A stretch of DNA of 64,000 nucleotides, taken from positions 96,001-160,000 of the forward strand of contig CM000429.1 in NCBI GenBank assembly GCA_000165345.1. The letters are read 5' to 3'. The notes under the pieces were generated by a model. That model did not search any database and was not told the DNA's origin. It saw only the letters and a program-made list of their open reading frames with translations. Of this stretch, positions 20,770 to 32,463 are shown one piece after another. The position numbers were made by a program, and so were the translations under genes. The stretch's first letter is position 1. Each line of letters starts with the position of its first letter.

Positions 20770-23700
20770 ATGAGTGTTTTACAAATCATTCTTTCAATAA
20801 TATTAATAATATTCTCTCTATTATGTATATTTGTCCATATTTTAAAACAATTTCTTCAAAAAAAAGGCTTTGAAGTTTCTTTTTCTGGATTTTTTTCACT
20901 TGGAAATTTGAAAATAAAGATACTTGAAAAATATCTTAAAAAATATGATAATATTAGTGGATTCGAATTTTTTCTTTCAAAAATTTCAATCAGATTTCAA
21001 TCTTGGAAGCTTAAGTTTATTTTATATGAAAGTAAATGTATTTGTTTTATATTAAATGGAAATCATTTCAAAAACAAACAATTTGATCATCATCTTTCCC
21101 AATATTCTAGATTACAAAATCATTCATCTAGAAAAACTAATATTGGTACTGATGATAATAGTATTGGAATTATTCGTAATTTAATGTTAATTGTTACAGC
21201 ACAAATTATTTCCAGAATTATTTTATTTGAACTTGAAAATATTCAATTCCAATTTTATATGGTTGATTGTAAATGTATTGGTAATCATAGAAATCTTAAA
21301 ATTACTCAAGATGGTAGATGTGAAAAATGTGGTATTCAAATGAAGTATGGTATATATTCCAAACTTGATATTAATAGTTTAAGTATATTTCCAAAAGCTT
21401 ATTTTGGTGGAATCATGGTAAATTTTCTAATAAATAATCCAGTATTATACTTGAATCCTATTGAAAATACAATTTCTGAAAAAAGATGTCATACATTTTA
21501 TTTAAATTCCAATAATAAATATAATTCATCATCCAATCATAAAACAAGTATTTTGAATTATATTCTTAATCAGTTTTACATGAAAAATAATAAAACTATA
21601 TCAAAAAAATGCCATTCAAATCAAAATAATTATCCTCCTTTAATTTATATTGATAATAATTTAAATATTAAACTCAAATTAATGCATTCAATGTCTGGAT
21701 CTGATATTAGAGTTTGTATTCTTCGAAATGTGAATATTGAAATGAATCAACTTTGGATTACATTAATACCAGAAATTATTTGTGAACTGGTTTATATATT
21801 TCATACAATTAAATCCAATTTTAAGAATTTGAATAAAATTTCTTTTAATAAAAATAATCTTCAAGTATTAGATCCCAACATTATTAATCAATCTGATCCA
21901 ATTATTAAGTTATCCCCAAAATACCAATTATTAAGTAATAATGTACTTCCAATATCTCCTATTCCTTTAGCATCACCTTCTTCTCCAAGTATAATATCAT
22001 CATCAAACTCATACTCTCATTCTCCTCTTCCTCCTTCATTTGGTAACTTTGAAAATAAAGTCCCTAGAAATAAGAAAAAGCTTATAATGAATGAGAATTT
22101 AGATAGACAACTTCAAATTACCTTCAAAATTTCTCAACCATCTTTAATATTTTGTGATAATACTCAATCTAGCTCAGGTTTTGAGATATTATTTCATGAA
22201 TTTGAAGCACATCTTATAATTCAATATTTTATTGAATATCTTCAAAGTACACTTAAACTTTATAATCAAGATTATGATTTTGAATCTTCAAATTCAGAAA
22301 TATCTGACTTTAATATTATTGGTAATGAATCCAATCATTTTGATTTAGATACAACAGACTTGAAAAAAAAAACTAGAAGAAGCTTAAAACTTGTTTTTGG
22401 AAGTAAGCTTATCTTTGGGAATTCTATTTTATATTTAAACCCTAAAGAAAGCCATTATTTTTCAAAACAAATTATGCCAAATACCATAAAAGATGGAGAT
22501 TTTACCTTTGATCGAATGTTTGTGATTGAACATTATAAATCAATTGTTGAGATTTCTGACAACAATTTTGTTAAGCTTTATTTGAAGAGTTCCATTCAAA
22601 GAATGTTTGGAATATGGAGGGAAAATGGATTTTACCAGAACCTGACTCTATTTCTCCAATTAATTAAGTTTCAAAAGTACCTTTCCAAGATTAAAAACCA
22701 AGTTAATATTGATAATAGTGGTAATAGTAATAACAATAATAATAATAATAATAATAATAATATTGAAAAACCATTCATAGATCAAGCAACTGAAGAGATT
22801 CCAAAATTGCCTTCAAGAGTTGAATTGGAAGATGACGATATTCTTAAAAGTGATTTTCTTATTAAGAATAACAAATACTTAAAAGAGATTATGACAATTA
22901 AAGATTTTGCAGTTAATTTACTCTTTTACCTTGAAATCAAAGATATTACCATTCAAACCAATGATATTAATTGTTTTAACCATGAACTACACATTCTCAA
23001 AAAGAATGATTGCTCTAACAATCATTGTGAAAATTGTTTTATTGAATCCTTTGGTCCAAAAGAAAGGTATGAATGGAGAACTGATTTTGATTATGAATCA
23101 GATACCAAGTTCAATATGAAAATTAAAAAAGATGATAATGATACTGATCATGATAATCATAATGATGACAAGTTCTTCATTTTGAAAATTAATAATTTGA
23201 AGATCTGTAATACATCAATAAATAGAAGTTTCTCAATGCTCTTTTCTGATTTAGATCTTTACAGTATGAATGAATTTATTGATTTGGAAGATATATCTAC
23301 CAAGTATTTAAATTTACCATCATGCTTGAAACATAACCATGATATTTTAGATTTTCAAAAAACATGTATTTATCGTTATGGTTGTTTTGACCAAAGAATT
23401 CAAGTATTAAACTTTGAAATCTCACCAAAAATTAGAGATAAAAACCATTTAGTCAAATTATGTGAATCAATTATTATATCTCCTTGGGATTATAAAAGAA
23501 TTTCACTCAGATTTAAAGGTATTAATGGAAATCTCCATACTTGTTATATTCCAATATACCTTTATATTTTGGGTTGTTTTAGTATTGATTGTCTTGCTCT
23601 TAAAAAGAATAATTTAAACAAAGTTTATTATGGAATAAATAACCAATTTGAAGAAAATTTTGATTTTTATTGTAACCAAAGATTTAATTATTTTGAAAAA

Positions 23701-26700
23701 TTTAATGAAATAAAAAATGATATTTCCAATATTATCAGAGAATTTAATCCTCAAGAATTAAAAAATAGAAATATACAATTTTGGAATATTCCTGATTTAA
23801 TACAAAGTAAAGTTGGATCTTTAAAATATACTTGGTACTTTGACTTTGATGATATCACAGTAAACTTTTTGGATGGTTTTAAATTATTAGTTAATAAATT
23901 AAGCCTTTATAGATGTAATGAATATGGAAATTATGATATAAAAATGAATAATGTTAAGATATTTGATATTTTTGGTATTAATATTATTAATTCAAATTGT
24001 ATTAGATTAAGATCTGATATACCATATAAAAGTACCAAAATTAAATCACCAATTTGTCTTAAAAAACAACTGAGAAGAATTTTAGATTTGTCAGTGAATG
24101 GAGATTTACTTTTGCTTTCTATTCTTGGAAATACAGAAAAATCTGAGAATAACTTGAAAGATATTAATAATGGAATGATTTTCTTTGATTCAAAAAGGTT
24201 CATTCTTGAAATAGATAAGCTTGATATATTATTCTTTGTAAATTGTGAATATATGGAATCTTTTTTCAAATACTTTTATCAGTATATATATATAACTTAT
24301 TATCAGTTATTCCATCCTCCTTTAATAATAAGAACAGGAAAATTACTTTCATTTTCACGTAATCATCCAATAATCTTTTCTTGCAATAATATATTTGATT
24401 TTTCAATTACAAAAATGAATTTAAGCTTAATAAGTTTAGCTAATTTTATGCTTTCACAAAACTTTGAAAGATTTTCTCTTGGTTCTTCAGTATATAGAAA
24501 CAAAATTTACTCCAAGGATGATTTATATATTCAAAATAATTTTAAATTTGATAATTCTTTAAATCATAAAATAAAATTTGGAATTAATAATATCTTTAAC
24601 TTACCAATTTTTGAATTAAAATTAGATAATTTAAGATTAATCATCCGAACAAAGCATACATCCAATTCAAAATCTGTTTGTAATGATAGGGAATGTTACA
24701 ACATTCCAAACTATCTTACTAATAGTATGATTTCGGAAGAAGGATTTCTTATTAATTCAAGTTATAATCCAATCAATATTTTTGTATCTTTATTTGGAAT
24801 TTCTTTCAATTTATATAACCAATTGAATCTGTATAAAAGCAGAACCACAATTCAATCAAGGAAAGAAATTACTTTTTTTAGCGAGAATATTGTTATTGAC
24901 TTTAGAAGGAATTATTCTCATGTGGATTCCAATATTAATGGTGATTTTCCTGAGTTAAGTTCTGATGTGACAATTTCAATTTACTCAAAGTCTAAGACTT
25001 CAGTTAATTTGAGTAATGCAAGCTCATTTAAAGCCATAAAATTTATAAATCCAATCTTTGAAATGATTAAAAATTGTCCAAATTTCAAATCCAAGTTTCA
25101 AAAAAGTAACTGTGAGGTCTTCTCAAAAGAATTCAAGAATATAATCATCTCAAGAAATACCCTGATAATTTCTATCATCACTTCGGATTTGACAAGCTTG
25201 TATTTGGTTCCTTATATTAATCTTCAAAGCGAAAGAGAAATGAGTGAAAATTCTTCAGTATGTATTCAATTACCAAAAATTGAATTTTATTTGAAAAAGT
25301 ATAATAATTCTCATGTTGAAAATCAAGAAATAAATAACTTTTTAAGTCAGATAGAATCATCTTCTTTATTTCTTAAGGAAGGAATCTTAATTTGGATACT
25401 TTCCAAAGAAATCTTTGCTCCTGTATCAAATAAAAAACTTCAATGTCGTCTTTCTTCAATTTTGAATTCAAAAAATCAAAAATACTCTTTAAAAAGTACC
25501 TTGGTTTCTATTTCAAAGTTCAATATAAATACTCAAAGGAATACATATAATAATTTCAATATAAAATTGGACTTGGATGGTTTGGATAAGAAGTCAATAA
25601 TAGAAAGATGTTTTGGAAATGACTTTAATAATGGTGATAATACTCAAAATATGGTTATACCTTTGACTTTAAATTTGGATTCAGAGAAATTGATCCAACT
25701 TTCCACAATATTAGAATCTTTTCTTGATGAAAGTAATTTTGATAGTATTTCCATATATTATTGTGAAGATTGCAATAAATTTAAACCAACAAAATCAGAG
25801 TCTTTATTGAGATCACAAAAAGTTTTGAATTTGGATCAAAAAAGCTTATCCCATGAAAAGAATAATAATCAACCAGAATTGAACTTTAAATTAAAAATTT
25901 CTTTGAATTATATTAATTTGAGATATGAAATCTTTAGCCTGATAATTAATCATGTATTACTTGACTTGAGATATTGTAATTCAAAGATTGGAAATCTGAA
26001 ATTAGGAATAAAAGAAACTCAGCTGATTGCTGAATATTTTCCATATAAACTCAGTCAATTTTCTAAGTCATCCCAGTCTTTCAAAATTTTACGTGAATCT
26101 AGTATTCAGATATCTTCAAACTTTAGTGCGAAAACAAAAATGTTGGAAATAGCTAGAATTGGAAGTATTTTTTTTGATAATAATAATGACTCAATTTTGC
26201 TTGTTTTAAGAGCTCCTCAATTTAGTTTAAGTACTTTAACAATTATTTACTTGGAAGTTTTAATTAAAATCATTAATATGTTAAAGTTAAAATCAAAAAG
26301 AGTTCCATTCAAAAACGAGAAATCTTCATTAAGTCCAATAAATAATACATCATCTATTCCTTTAATTTCAGGAAGGAAGCTGAATATCCAGATTAATGAA
26401 ATTATGTTTAATATGCATAATCTTGGAACTTTTAGAGATTATACAATTCAAAGAGATGATCGAAAGTTTCGTCTTGGATCTAGCTATTCAGGATTCAAAA
26501 AGATAAATATAGTACCTGATTTAGATACTCAAAGTGAATTTCTTTTTCAAGTTATAGAAAGGAATCCAATAAATAGTACTTTTACTTTAGTTGATGATTT
26601 GGAAGAATCAAATACAAATCTTGATATTTTTAAAGGTAACAATGGCCAATCTTGTCTTGAATGTAGGTATCATTTAAACAAAGCACTAATATATACTTCA

Positions 26701-29700
26701 AGAATTTCCACAGATTTGAAAGATAATAACCATTTTCGAGGAAATACTAATATTAATATTAGTAATTGCAATAATAATAGCAGTAGTAGTAACAGTCAAT
26801 TCGATGAAATCTTTAGGAATTATTGCAATGACTACTTCTCCTTGCTTGATGAGCATGTGATTTCAGACAAATATCAAAAATCCAGCTTTGAGATGATCCA
26901 AGAATATAAGAGGATTTGTTTATATACTGAAAGTAATATAAGCATCCCTTTAGAATATGGCCAAATAACAGATTACATGATTCTTGGAGAATTTGGATAT
27001 GGAATAAAATCTGATCATATTTCATTATCAAGAAGCTTTAAGCAAATAATAACTAGGATTCCTAGAGTTGATTGCTCAATTGGTATTCATGATAGAAACA
27101 AGAATTTCGAGTTTGTATTAAAGATATTTCCTGTTTCAATTGATGTTTTTCTCTCAAACAGATTGATTTGGGATTTGTTTGGAGAATGTACACTTGAGGA
27201 TTTATTTGATATAAATAAGGAAGATCATCCCAGAATTTTTCCAGAAATCTCCAATTATTATTGCTGTAGATCAGAAGAGTCATTTCAATGGGATGATCAT
27301 AATTGCCAGGCTCACCCTCATTCTCAAAATGACTGTAGTAGGATCATTTCCGATATTCCACATGTAATAAAAAGTAATGAGAATTTTGAGGTGGTGACGG
27401 AAAATTTCTTATCATCTTCATCATCATCCTCTCCGCCTTTAGCCCTCATAGAGGAATTCCAATCGGATAGAAAAAGAAGTTTATATGATTCCACTCAAGA
27501 GATTCTGAAGACAACTCCCATTTTTGTTAGTATTCGAATTCATACAGAAAAACCAAGTACTCAACTAAAGATGTATTCAAAACTGCTTTCAGTTTCAATT
27601 GATTCAAGTAGAGTCCAATCAATTAATGAGATCTTGAATTCATTTGAGCTCAGGAATATAAACACAAACAAGAATAATCCGTCGTACCAAGTATCCAATA
27701 ATATCTCAAATCACCCTTCAACTTTGACCAGTTCGAACAATACAACTATAAATAATCATCCAATGAGCGTTTTGTCAAACACAATGAATAGTGTTGCAGG
27801 TGGAAATCTTCCACCTCCAATTTACTATTCACATAACTTGAACCCAACAAACAGTATAGTAAGTTCTGGAGATCAGGCCCAAAATCTAAGTTCCCATATT
27901 TCACAACAAGGATACAACTTTAATGCATATCCCACAGCAAAGACTCCTTCAGTATTATCTTTCTCGAACTATTTTTACGACCAAAAACAAGAACAGGGTC
28001 AAAGAATAAACGCAATGAACCTATTGAACTTGAATAATAAAACCAAGAATGCAAATCCCAAATCTAATTCTTTGGACTTTAATGCCAATCGACTTCTTTT
28101 AAATTGTGATTTGAATGATAAGAATGTAATGAATATGCTTAAGTTTGAAATTGATAAATTTTTAGCAGATAATCCGCTTTTTTATACAGTTGTTGATAAT
28201 ATCCAATGTCAGGCTGGAGGAGACAATAACCATCTTAACCAATATAGGCTTCAGATAGAATGTATTGTAGATCAGCTGAATGTTGATATGTTCATTAATA
28301 ACAAAAGATTCTCAAATTTCCAATCAAAAGATATTAACTTTGTTATGTTCTCAAATAATAATCCTTCAAACTCAACAATAATAGAGTTTGATACATCATT
28401 TATCCATTTATCGGCCAATAAAGACTTTGTACAGTCGAATGGCAACTCAAATGTTATTCCAGGTACAAACGGCGTTGGTAGTGGCGTTGTTTCTGGTAAC
28501 AATAATAGCAATTACAATAATCAAATTAACTTTAATATCTCGAATTCCAATTTAAATCCAAATTCAAACAATATCTTCAATGCAAATGGTAATGGTATTG
28601 GTAATGGAAATGTAAATTCCAATATCATTGGAGAAGGTGGAACGGGTCTTAATCATAATAACTCAGGCTTGAATGTTAGTTCGGTATCTACGATTGAAAA
28701 TAGCATTAATGCAACTTCTCAGGAAGAAATTTCCATAATTCATCCCATGTACATTGATGGACATACTAGTCAGGGGCATGGACATGTTTTATCAATTCGT
28801 ATAAATATGAGGCAGGTTAGATTACTAGAAGTATATAACATACGAATCTTAGAGAGCGTTGTAATCAGAGTCCATCCAATTCGGGTAAACATTACTCAAT
28901 ATTTAACTTCTTGTTACTATGATATATTCTTCCCACCACCAATAACAAACCAGCCAAGCATGACTTCAATCCAAATTGGAAGTAATACCCAGAACTTTTT
29001 ACAAATGTCAAATGTTGCTTCTGAAGCTGCTTCATCCAAGATAAAAGAAGATAATGCTATTTATGCCGAAAACTCTTACATTATCAATAGTAATACCAAT
29101 AGTGATATAACAATACCAACAATTGAACAAGAAAATTCTTCTTTAACATTTAATAACCAACAACCACAAAATAATAACACATCAGTAGACACGCAAAACT
29201 GCTCAAAAAATATACTATACTTTAATTACCTTCGAATATCATCAATTCTTGTGGAAGTCACTTATCGTGGATCTGTATCGTTAAATAACGTACTTTTGGA
29301 ACTTAGCTCTTTCACTCAAAGAAGAAAGCATAGAACTGTAAAGGAAATGGTTGACAAATATATCTCTTTCCTTAGACGTCAAGCTGCTAGACCTGTTATT
29401 TCATATACTTTCAAACAACTCAGACACTCTTTACTTCCTAAACACTTCAAATCCCATAAACGTAATAGCAACTATAATTCTCATTATGATATTATCCAAG
29501 CAAATATTCAAAATAACCACCTTAATAATGGAAATGAACGTTCCTTGAAAATTGATTCTTCTTATCAAGACCTTCTTTCTGAAACTACAAACAATGGAAA
29601 TCATTCCAATTACAACAATAATATTAACTCCATTCTTTCTAAAAACGACGATGACCTTCCTAACACTTATCGCAAGATTCAAAATACCAACTGCTCAAAA

Positions 29701-29757
29701 AATGACTCAGAATACAATAAATTTAGACTCATCTTTGGTAATCAACTTTTGATTTAA
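20770..29757 (+). CDS. giant (~2995 aa) Asn/Ile/Ser-rich protein with an N-terminal transmembrane anchor; function unknown
   Basis: The first codon of track ORF 20734 is TTG. The first ATG in frame is at 20770 (MSVLQIILSIILIIFSLLCIFVHIL, a transmembrane helix). The frame stays open to 29757. Poly-Asn encoded by (AAT)n at about 22735-22775. Confidence 0.6.
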   Translation: MSVLQIILSIILIIFSLLCIFVHILKQFLQKKGFEVSFSGFFSLGNLKIKILEKYLKKYDNISGFEFFLSKISIRFQSWKLKFILYESKCICFILNGNHFKNKQFDHHLSQYSRLQNHSSRKTNIGTDDNSIGIIRNLMLIVTAQIISRIILFELENIQFQFYMVDCKCIGNHRNLKITQDGRCEKCGIQMKYGIYSKLDINSLSIFPKAYFGGIMVNFLINNPVLYLNPIENTISEKRCHTFYLNSNNKYNSSSNHKTSILNYILNQFYMKNNKTISKKCHSNQNNYPPLIYIDNNLNIKLKLMHSMSGSDIRVCILRNVNIEMNQLWITLIPEIICELVYIFHTIKSNFKNLNKISFNKNNLQVLDPNIINQSDPIIKLSPKYQLLSNNVLPISPIPLASPSSPSIISSSNSYSHSPLPPSFGNFENKVPRNKKKLIMNENLDRQLQITFKISQPSLIFCDNTQSSSGFEILFHEFEAHLIIQYFIEYLQSTLKLYNQDYDFESSNSEISDFNIIGNESNHFDLDTTDLKKKTRRSLKLVFGSKLIFGNSILYLNPKESHYFSKQIMPNTIKDGDFTFDRMFVIEHYKSIVEISDNNFVKLYLKSSIQRMFGIWRENGFYQNLTLFLQLIKFQKYLSKIKNQVNIDNSGNSNNNNNNNNNNNIEKPFIDQATEEIPKLPSRVELEDDDILKSDFLIKNNKYLKEIMTIKDFAVNLLFYLEIKDITIQTNDINCFNHELHILKKNDCSNNHCENCFIESFGPKERYEWRTDFDYESDTKFNMKIKKDDNDTDHDNHNDDKFFILKINNLKICNTSINRSFSMLFSDLDLYSMNEFIDLEDISTKYLNLPSCLKHNHDILDFQKTCIYRYGCFDQRIQVLNFEISPKIRDKNHLVKLCESIIISPWDYKRISLRFKGINGNLHTCYIPIYLYILGCFSIDCLALKKNNLNKVYYGINNQFEENFDFYCNQRFNYFEKFNEIKNDISNIIREFNPQELKNRNIQFWNIPDLIQSKVGSLKYTWYFDFDDITVNFLDGFKLLVNKLSLYRCNEYGNYDIKMNNVKIFDIFGINIINSNCIRLRSDIPYKSTKIKSPICLKKQLRRILDLSVNGDLLLLSILGNTEKSENNLKDINNGMIFFDSKRFILEIDKLDILFFVNCEYMESFFKYFYQYIYITYYQLFHPPLIIRTGKLLSFSRNHPIIFSCNNIFDFSITKMNLSLISLANFMLSQNFERFSLGSSVYRNKIYSKDDLYIQNNFKFDNSLNHKIKFGINNIFNLPIFELKLDNLRLIIRTKHTSNSKSVCNDRECYNIPNYLTNSMISEEGFLINSSYNPINIFVSLFGISFNLYNQLNLYKSRTTIQSRKEITFFSENIVIDFRRNYSHVDSNINGDFPELSSDVTISIYSKSKTSVNLSNASSFKAIKFINPIFEMIKNCPNFKSKFQKSNCEVFSKEFKNIIISRNTLIISIITSDLTSLYLVPYINLQSEREMSENSSVCIQLPKIEFYLKKYNNSHVENQEINNFLSQIESSSLFLKEGILIWILSKEIFAPVSNKKLQCRLSSILNSKNQKYSLKSTLVSISKFNINTQRNTYNNFNIKLDLDGLDKKSIIERCFGNDFNNGDNTQNMVIPLTLNLDSEKLIQLSTILESFLDESNFDSISIYYCEDCNKFKPTKSESLLRSQKVLNLDQKSLSHEKNNNQPELNFKLKISLNYINLRYEIFSLIINHVLLDLRYCNSKIGNLKLGIKETQLIAEYFPYKLSQFSKSSQSFKILRESSIQISSNFSAKTKMLEIARIGSIFFDNNNDSILLVLRAPQFSLSTLTIIYLEVLIKIINMLKLKSKRVPFKNEKSSLSPINNTSSIPLISGRKLNIQINEIMFNMHNLGTFRDYTIQRDDRKFRLGSSYSGFKKINIVPDLDTQSEFLFQVIERNPINSTFTLVDDLEESNTNLDIFKGNNGQSCLECRYHLNKALIYTSRISTDLKDNNHFRGNTNINISNCNNNSSSSNSQFDEIFRNYCNDYFSLLDEHVISDKYQKSSFEMIQEYKRICLYTESNISIPLEYGQITDYMILGEFGYGIKSDHISLSRSFKQIITRIPRVDCSIGIHDRNKNFEFVLKIFPVSIDVFLSNRLIWDLFGECTLEDLFDINKEDHPRIFPEISNYYCCRSEESFQWDDHNCQAHPHSQNDCSRIISDIPHVIKSNENFEVVTENFLSSSSSSSPPLALIEEFQSDRKRSLYDSTQEILKTTPIFVSIRIHTEKPSTQLKMYSKLLSVSIDSSRVQSINEILNSFELRNINTNKNNPSYQVSNNISNHPSTLTSSNNTTINNHPMSVLSNTMNSVAGGNLPPPIYYSHNLNPTNSIVSSGDQAQNLSSHISQQGYNFNAYPTAKTPSVLSFSNYFYDQKQEQGQRINAMNLLNLNNKTKNANPKSNSLDFNANRLLLNCDLNDKNVMNMLKFEIDKFLADNPLFYTVVDNIQCQAGGDNNHLNQYRLQIECIVDQLNVDMFINNKRFSNFQSKDINFVMFSNNNPSNSTIIEFDTSFIHLSANKDFVQSNGNSNVIPGTNGVGSGVVSGNNNSNYNNQINFNISNSNLNPNSNNIFNANGNGIGNGNVNSNIIGEGGTGLNHNNSGLNVSSVSTIENSINATSQEEISIIHPMYIDGHTSQGHGHVLSIRINMRQVRLLEVYNIRILESVVIRVHPIRVNITQYLTSCYYDIFFPPPITNQPSMTSIQIGSNTQNFLQMSNVASEAASSKIKEDNAIYAENSYIINSNTNSDITIPTIEQENSSLTFNNQQPQNNNTSVDTQNCSKNILYFNYLRISSILVEVTYRGSVSLNNVLLELSSFTQRRKHRTVKEMVDKYISFLRRQAARPVISYTFKQLRHSLLPKHFKSHKRNSNYNSHYDIIQANIQNNHLNNGNERSLKIDSSYQDLLSETTNNGNHSNYNNNINSILSKNDDDLPNTYRKIQNTNCSKNDSEYNKFRLIFGNQLLI

Positions 29758-29782
29758 TTGCTTCAACTGACTGCTTTGCAAC

Positions 29783-29870
29783 TCCCGCCCACTATTCCTC
29801 TTGTAATTATCTGCATGCGACCAAGTACATGCAAAAAAACACTTGCAATATACCGGCATTGGTTGGCGCC
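29783..29870. promoter_or_regulatory. motif cluster upstream of the WD40 gene: CTCCCGCCC (E2F-like, reverse), GCATGC, ATACCGGCATT, TGGCGCCA
   Basis: aactcccgcccac ... ctgcatgcgacc ... caatATACCGGCATTggtTGGCGCCAtacg. Confidence 0.45.
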
Positions 29871-30129
29871 ATACGTGGGAAGTTTTTTATCTGACAAATT
29901 TCCTGAATTATTTATTTTTTTTATTTTCTTTATTCTTTAGTTTATTCTTTTTTTTTAACTTGAAATAATAATATGAGAGTTAGGGTTTAAAATTATGATT
30001 ATTTGTTCTTTTTTCTTGGATTTTAGAGAAAGATATTCTTGTTGTGTATAATTTGGATTTTAAGTTATCCACATAAATTAATGTTATTTGACTTTCAAAA
30101 AGGCCAGAAATTGAATGAATTGAAAGAGA

Positions 30130-31567
30130 ATGGAAGAACCTAATTACCAGGAGGAATCAATAGAATGTATTGCATCTTGTAATCTTTCTGTAAGTTCAAA
30201 TGATTAGAATAAGTGAAATGCGGATTTTTTTTTTGTTACTAAATGAAAAAATAAAGAAATTTTCGTTATCAAGTAATTAAATAAACTAAATAACTTTGAT
30301 TTTTATAATTTTCACTAATAATCATAATTTCAGAATGAAAACACTCCTGTTGGAATAATTCTAAATGATACAGAAAAGAAAGTCTTAACAGCATGTAATG
30401 ACAAGCTTTACTACTTTAATTTGAGTGAGATTATTGATTCATATACTTCATTTCTTGAAAAAGAAGATGGAAGAATTTCCTATTACAAATCTATTCATCT
30501 AGGGTAAGATTTCACGAATTTAATCATGAGAAATTATTTTTCAAATTTATCAAAAATCTAATGATTTTTAGAGGAAATATAAGAAGTATTTCTAGAAATA
30601 AACAAATAAGAGACCATTTAAGAACCAATAATATGGCCTTATTTGCCTTGAATTGTAGAAATTATCCAGTAAAAGTATATAATTTTGATGGTGAACTAAT
30701 AACTAGCGTATATATGAGAAACCAATTTGAAGAAATTGATGAAATTTATTCACTGGAATTTATATATTCAGAAGAATCATCTATTATTTTAGGAGGAGGA
30801 AAGAATTGTATCCATGTATATGATTATAATTCCGGTAAAACACTTGAATATATCGTAAGTTTAATCCCAATATTAATATTCTTAATTAAAATTAAACTAA
30901 ATATTCGTAGAATTTCAATTCCAAAGAATGTAAAATAGAAAATTCAAAATGCCAGAAAGGTATTATATCATGTCTATCACTCAAAACAAGTGGTATAGGA
31001 TCTTTCTCTGTATTTGCATCAGGATCTTTCTCAAAAACAATCTTTTTACATGATTTAAGTGACCTTCATAGCCAAATTCAACTCAGTGATAACAATTTAA
31101 ATCTTAATTCTGTAACTGAACTTTATTGGTTAGATGGTTCCTATGATTCTAAGTTTATGGATTACCACTTAATTTCTGGTCATAGAAATAGTGACTACTT
31201 ATATATTTGGGATGTAAGGAAGCCTAATAATATACTTTTTAAATTAGATAGAGAAAATTTTGGTTCAAATCAAAGATATAATATTAACCTTAAATATTTT
31301 GAAGATGAGTTAATATTAACTTATGGAGATTCCAGAGGAAACCTTAATATACAAAAACTAAAATTTAATTATGATTACAATAAATTCCTTCAAAATGTAA
31401 AGCAAAGACAAAAAATCAAATTAAAAAGTCAATCCATTCCTTGCGTTGAGAGGTTTTTTGATCAAAAGTTATTAGTTACGTTATCTGGTGAAAGATTCAC
31501 GAGTTGCGAAAAAGATCAAGGATGCACTTTCAATGTTTGGAAGATTAACACGAATACCCCCAGTTAA
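30130..31567 (+). CDS. WD40-repeat protein (374 aa), four exons: join(30130..30189, 30334..30503, 30572..30854, 30956..31567)
   Basis: Introns: GTAAGT...aatttcAG (30190-30333), GTAAGA...gatttttAG (30504-30571), GTAAGT...aaaatgccAG (30855-30955). Track ORFs 30561..30938 and 31157..31567 are its exon 3 and exon 4 fragments. WD-like motifs GSFSKTIFLHD and GHRNSDYLYIWDVR. 1125 nt = 375 codons. Confidence 0.55.
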
Positions 31568-31758
31568 TTTGTGTTTCTCAAATCCAAATATCATTTTCTG
31601 ATTGAATCTCATTATTACTTTAAATCTTATTTTCAATTTCAGATCCAAAGTTAATCATTTCCCAAACTTTTTATTTTCATTCAATTTAAAGTATTATTAA
31701 TATATGCTTATTATTAGCATTATTATTTTTAAATTTATATTATAAAACAATTATAAAC

Positions 31759-32463
31759 TTATTTCCTTTTTTTATTACCAGAATTGTTCTTACTATCATT
31801 ATTAGATAAACTCTCCTCCTGTTCAAGTAACTCCTGAGCAATTTTATTTGCAAGATTGCTTTCAGTTTTCTCTTTTTCCTTGGCTTTCTTCTCCTCTAAT
31901 TCTTTCTCCTTAGCAAGTCTCTCCTTTTGTAAGCGCATTTCTTCTTGTTGTTTTCTAATAGCATTCAGCTTTCTGGCATCCAAAAATATATAATCTCCCC
32001 AGGAATCCTGAATTAAGTTTGCTTCATCTCTTATATATTCTACAGTATCTTTTAGTTCTTCCATAGAATTCTCAACATATAACCACTGCTTTTCTGAAAG
32101 AAGTAATTTCTTATATAATTGCATATTTCCCACATACTCTGATGAAATTCTGGAATAATTATCTTGAACTGCCATTGCTGCTCTTAATAAAGCTTTCTTC
32201 ATTTCAGATACAAGCTCTGGACTTGATGCTCTAAGTCTTAGACGGAACTCCTCAAGACCTACATTTTGTGGAGCAACTTCATCTCTTAATTGAAAATAAT
32301 GTTTCAAATCTTTTTTAGGAAATGTTAATCTACCAGATGAAATAAATGCATCACAAAGAGCTTCATCTTGGGAATTCAAAATTTCAACATCCTTAAATGA
32401 ATAATAGACTATTATTCCAAGAAGGAAACATGAAACAATGAAAAATAAGATTTGTAGCCACAT
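31759..32463 (-). CDS. single-pass membrane protein with a K/E-rich coiled tail, possibly a Sec66 (Sec71)-like translocon subunit (234 aa)
   Basis: N-terminal transmembrane helix LQILFFIVSCFLLGIIVYY. Central region MKKALLRAAMAVQDNYSRISSEYVGNMQLYKKLL...EANLIQDSW resembles yeast Sec66 (KVLKAALLNRGA...LLYKNGSIGEDYW...EAERLQPGW). The family assignment is tentative. Confidence 0.4.
   Translation of the reverse strand: MWLQILFFIVSCFLLGIIVYYSFKDVEILNSQDEALCDAFISSGRLTFPKKDLKHYFQLRDEVAPQNVGLEEFRLRLRASSPELVSEMKKALLRAAMAVQDNYSRISSEYVGNMQLYKKLLLSEKQWLYVENSMEELKDTVEYIRDEANLIQDSWGDYIFLDARKLNAIRKQQEEMRLQKERLAKEKELEEKKAKEKEKTESNLANKIAQELLEQEESLSNNDSKNNSGNKKRK

Noticed and set aside
30855-30938. 3' portion of track ORF 30561..30938 (...VSLIPILIFLIKIKLNIRRISIPKNVK)
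   Set aside because: It begins exactly at a GTAAGT donor and is an intron read-through. The true exon resumes at 30956 after aaaatgccAG.
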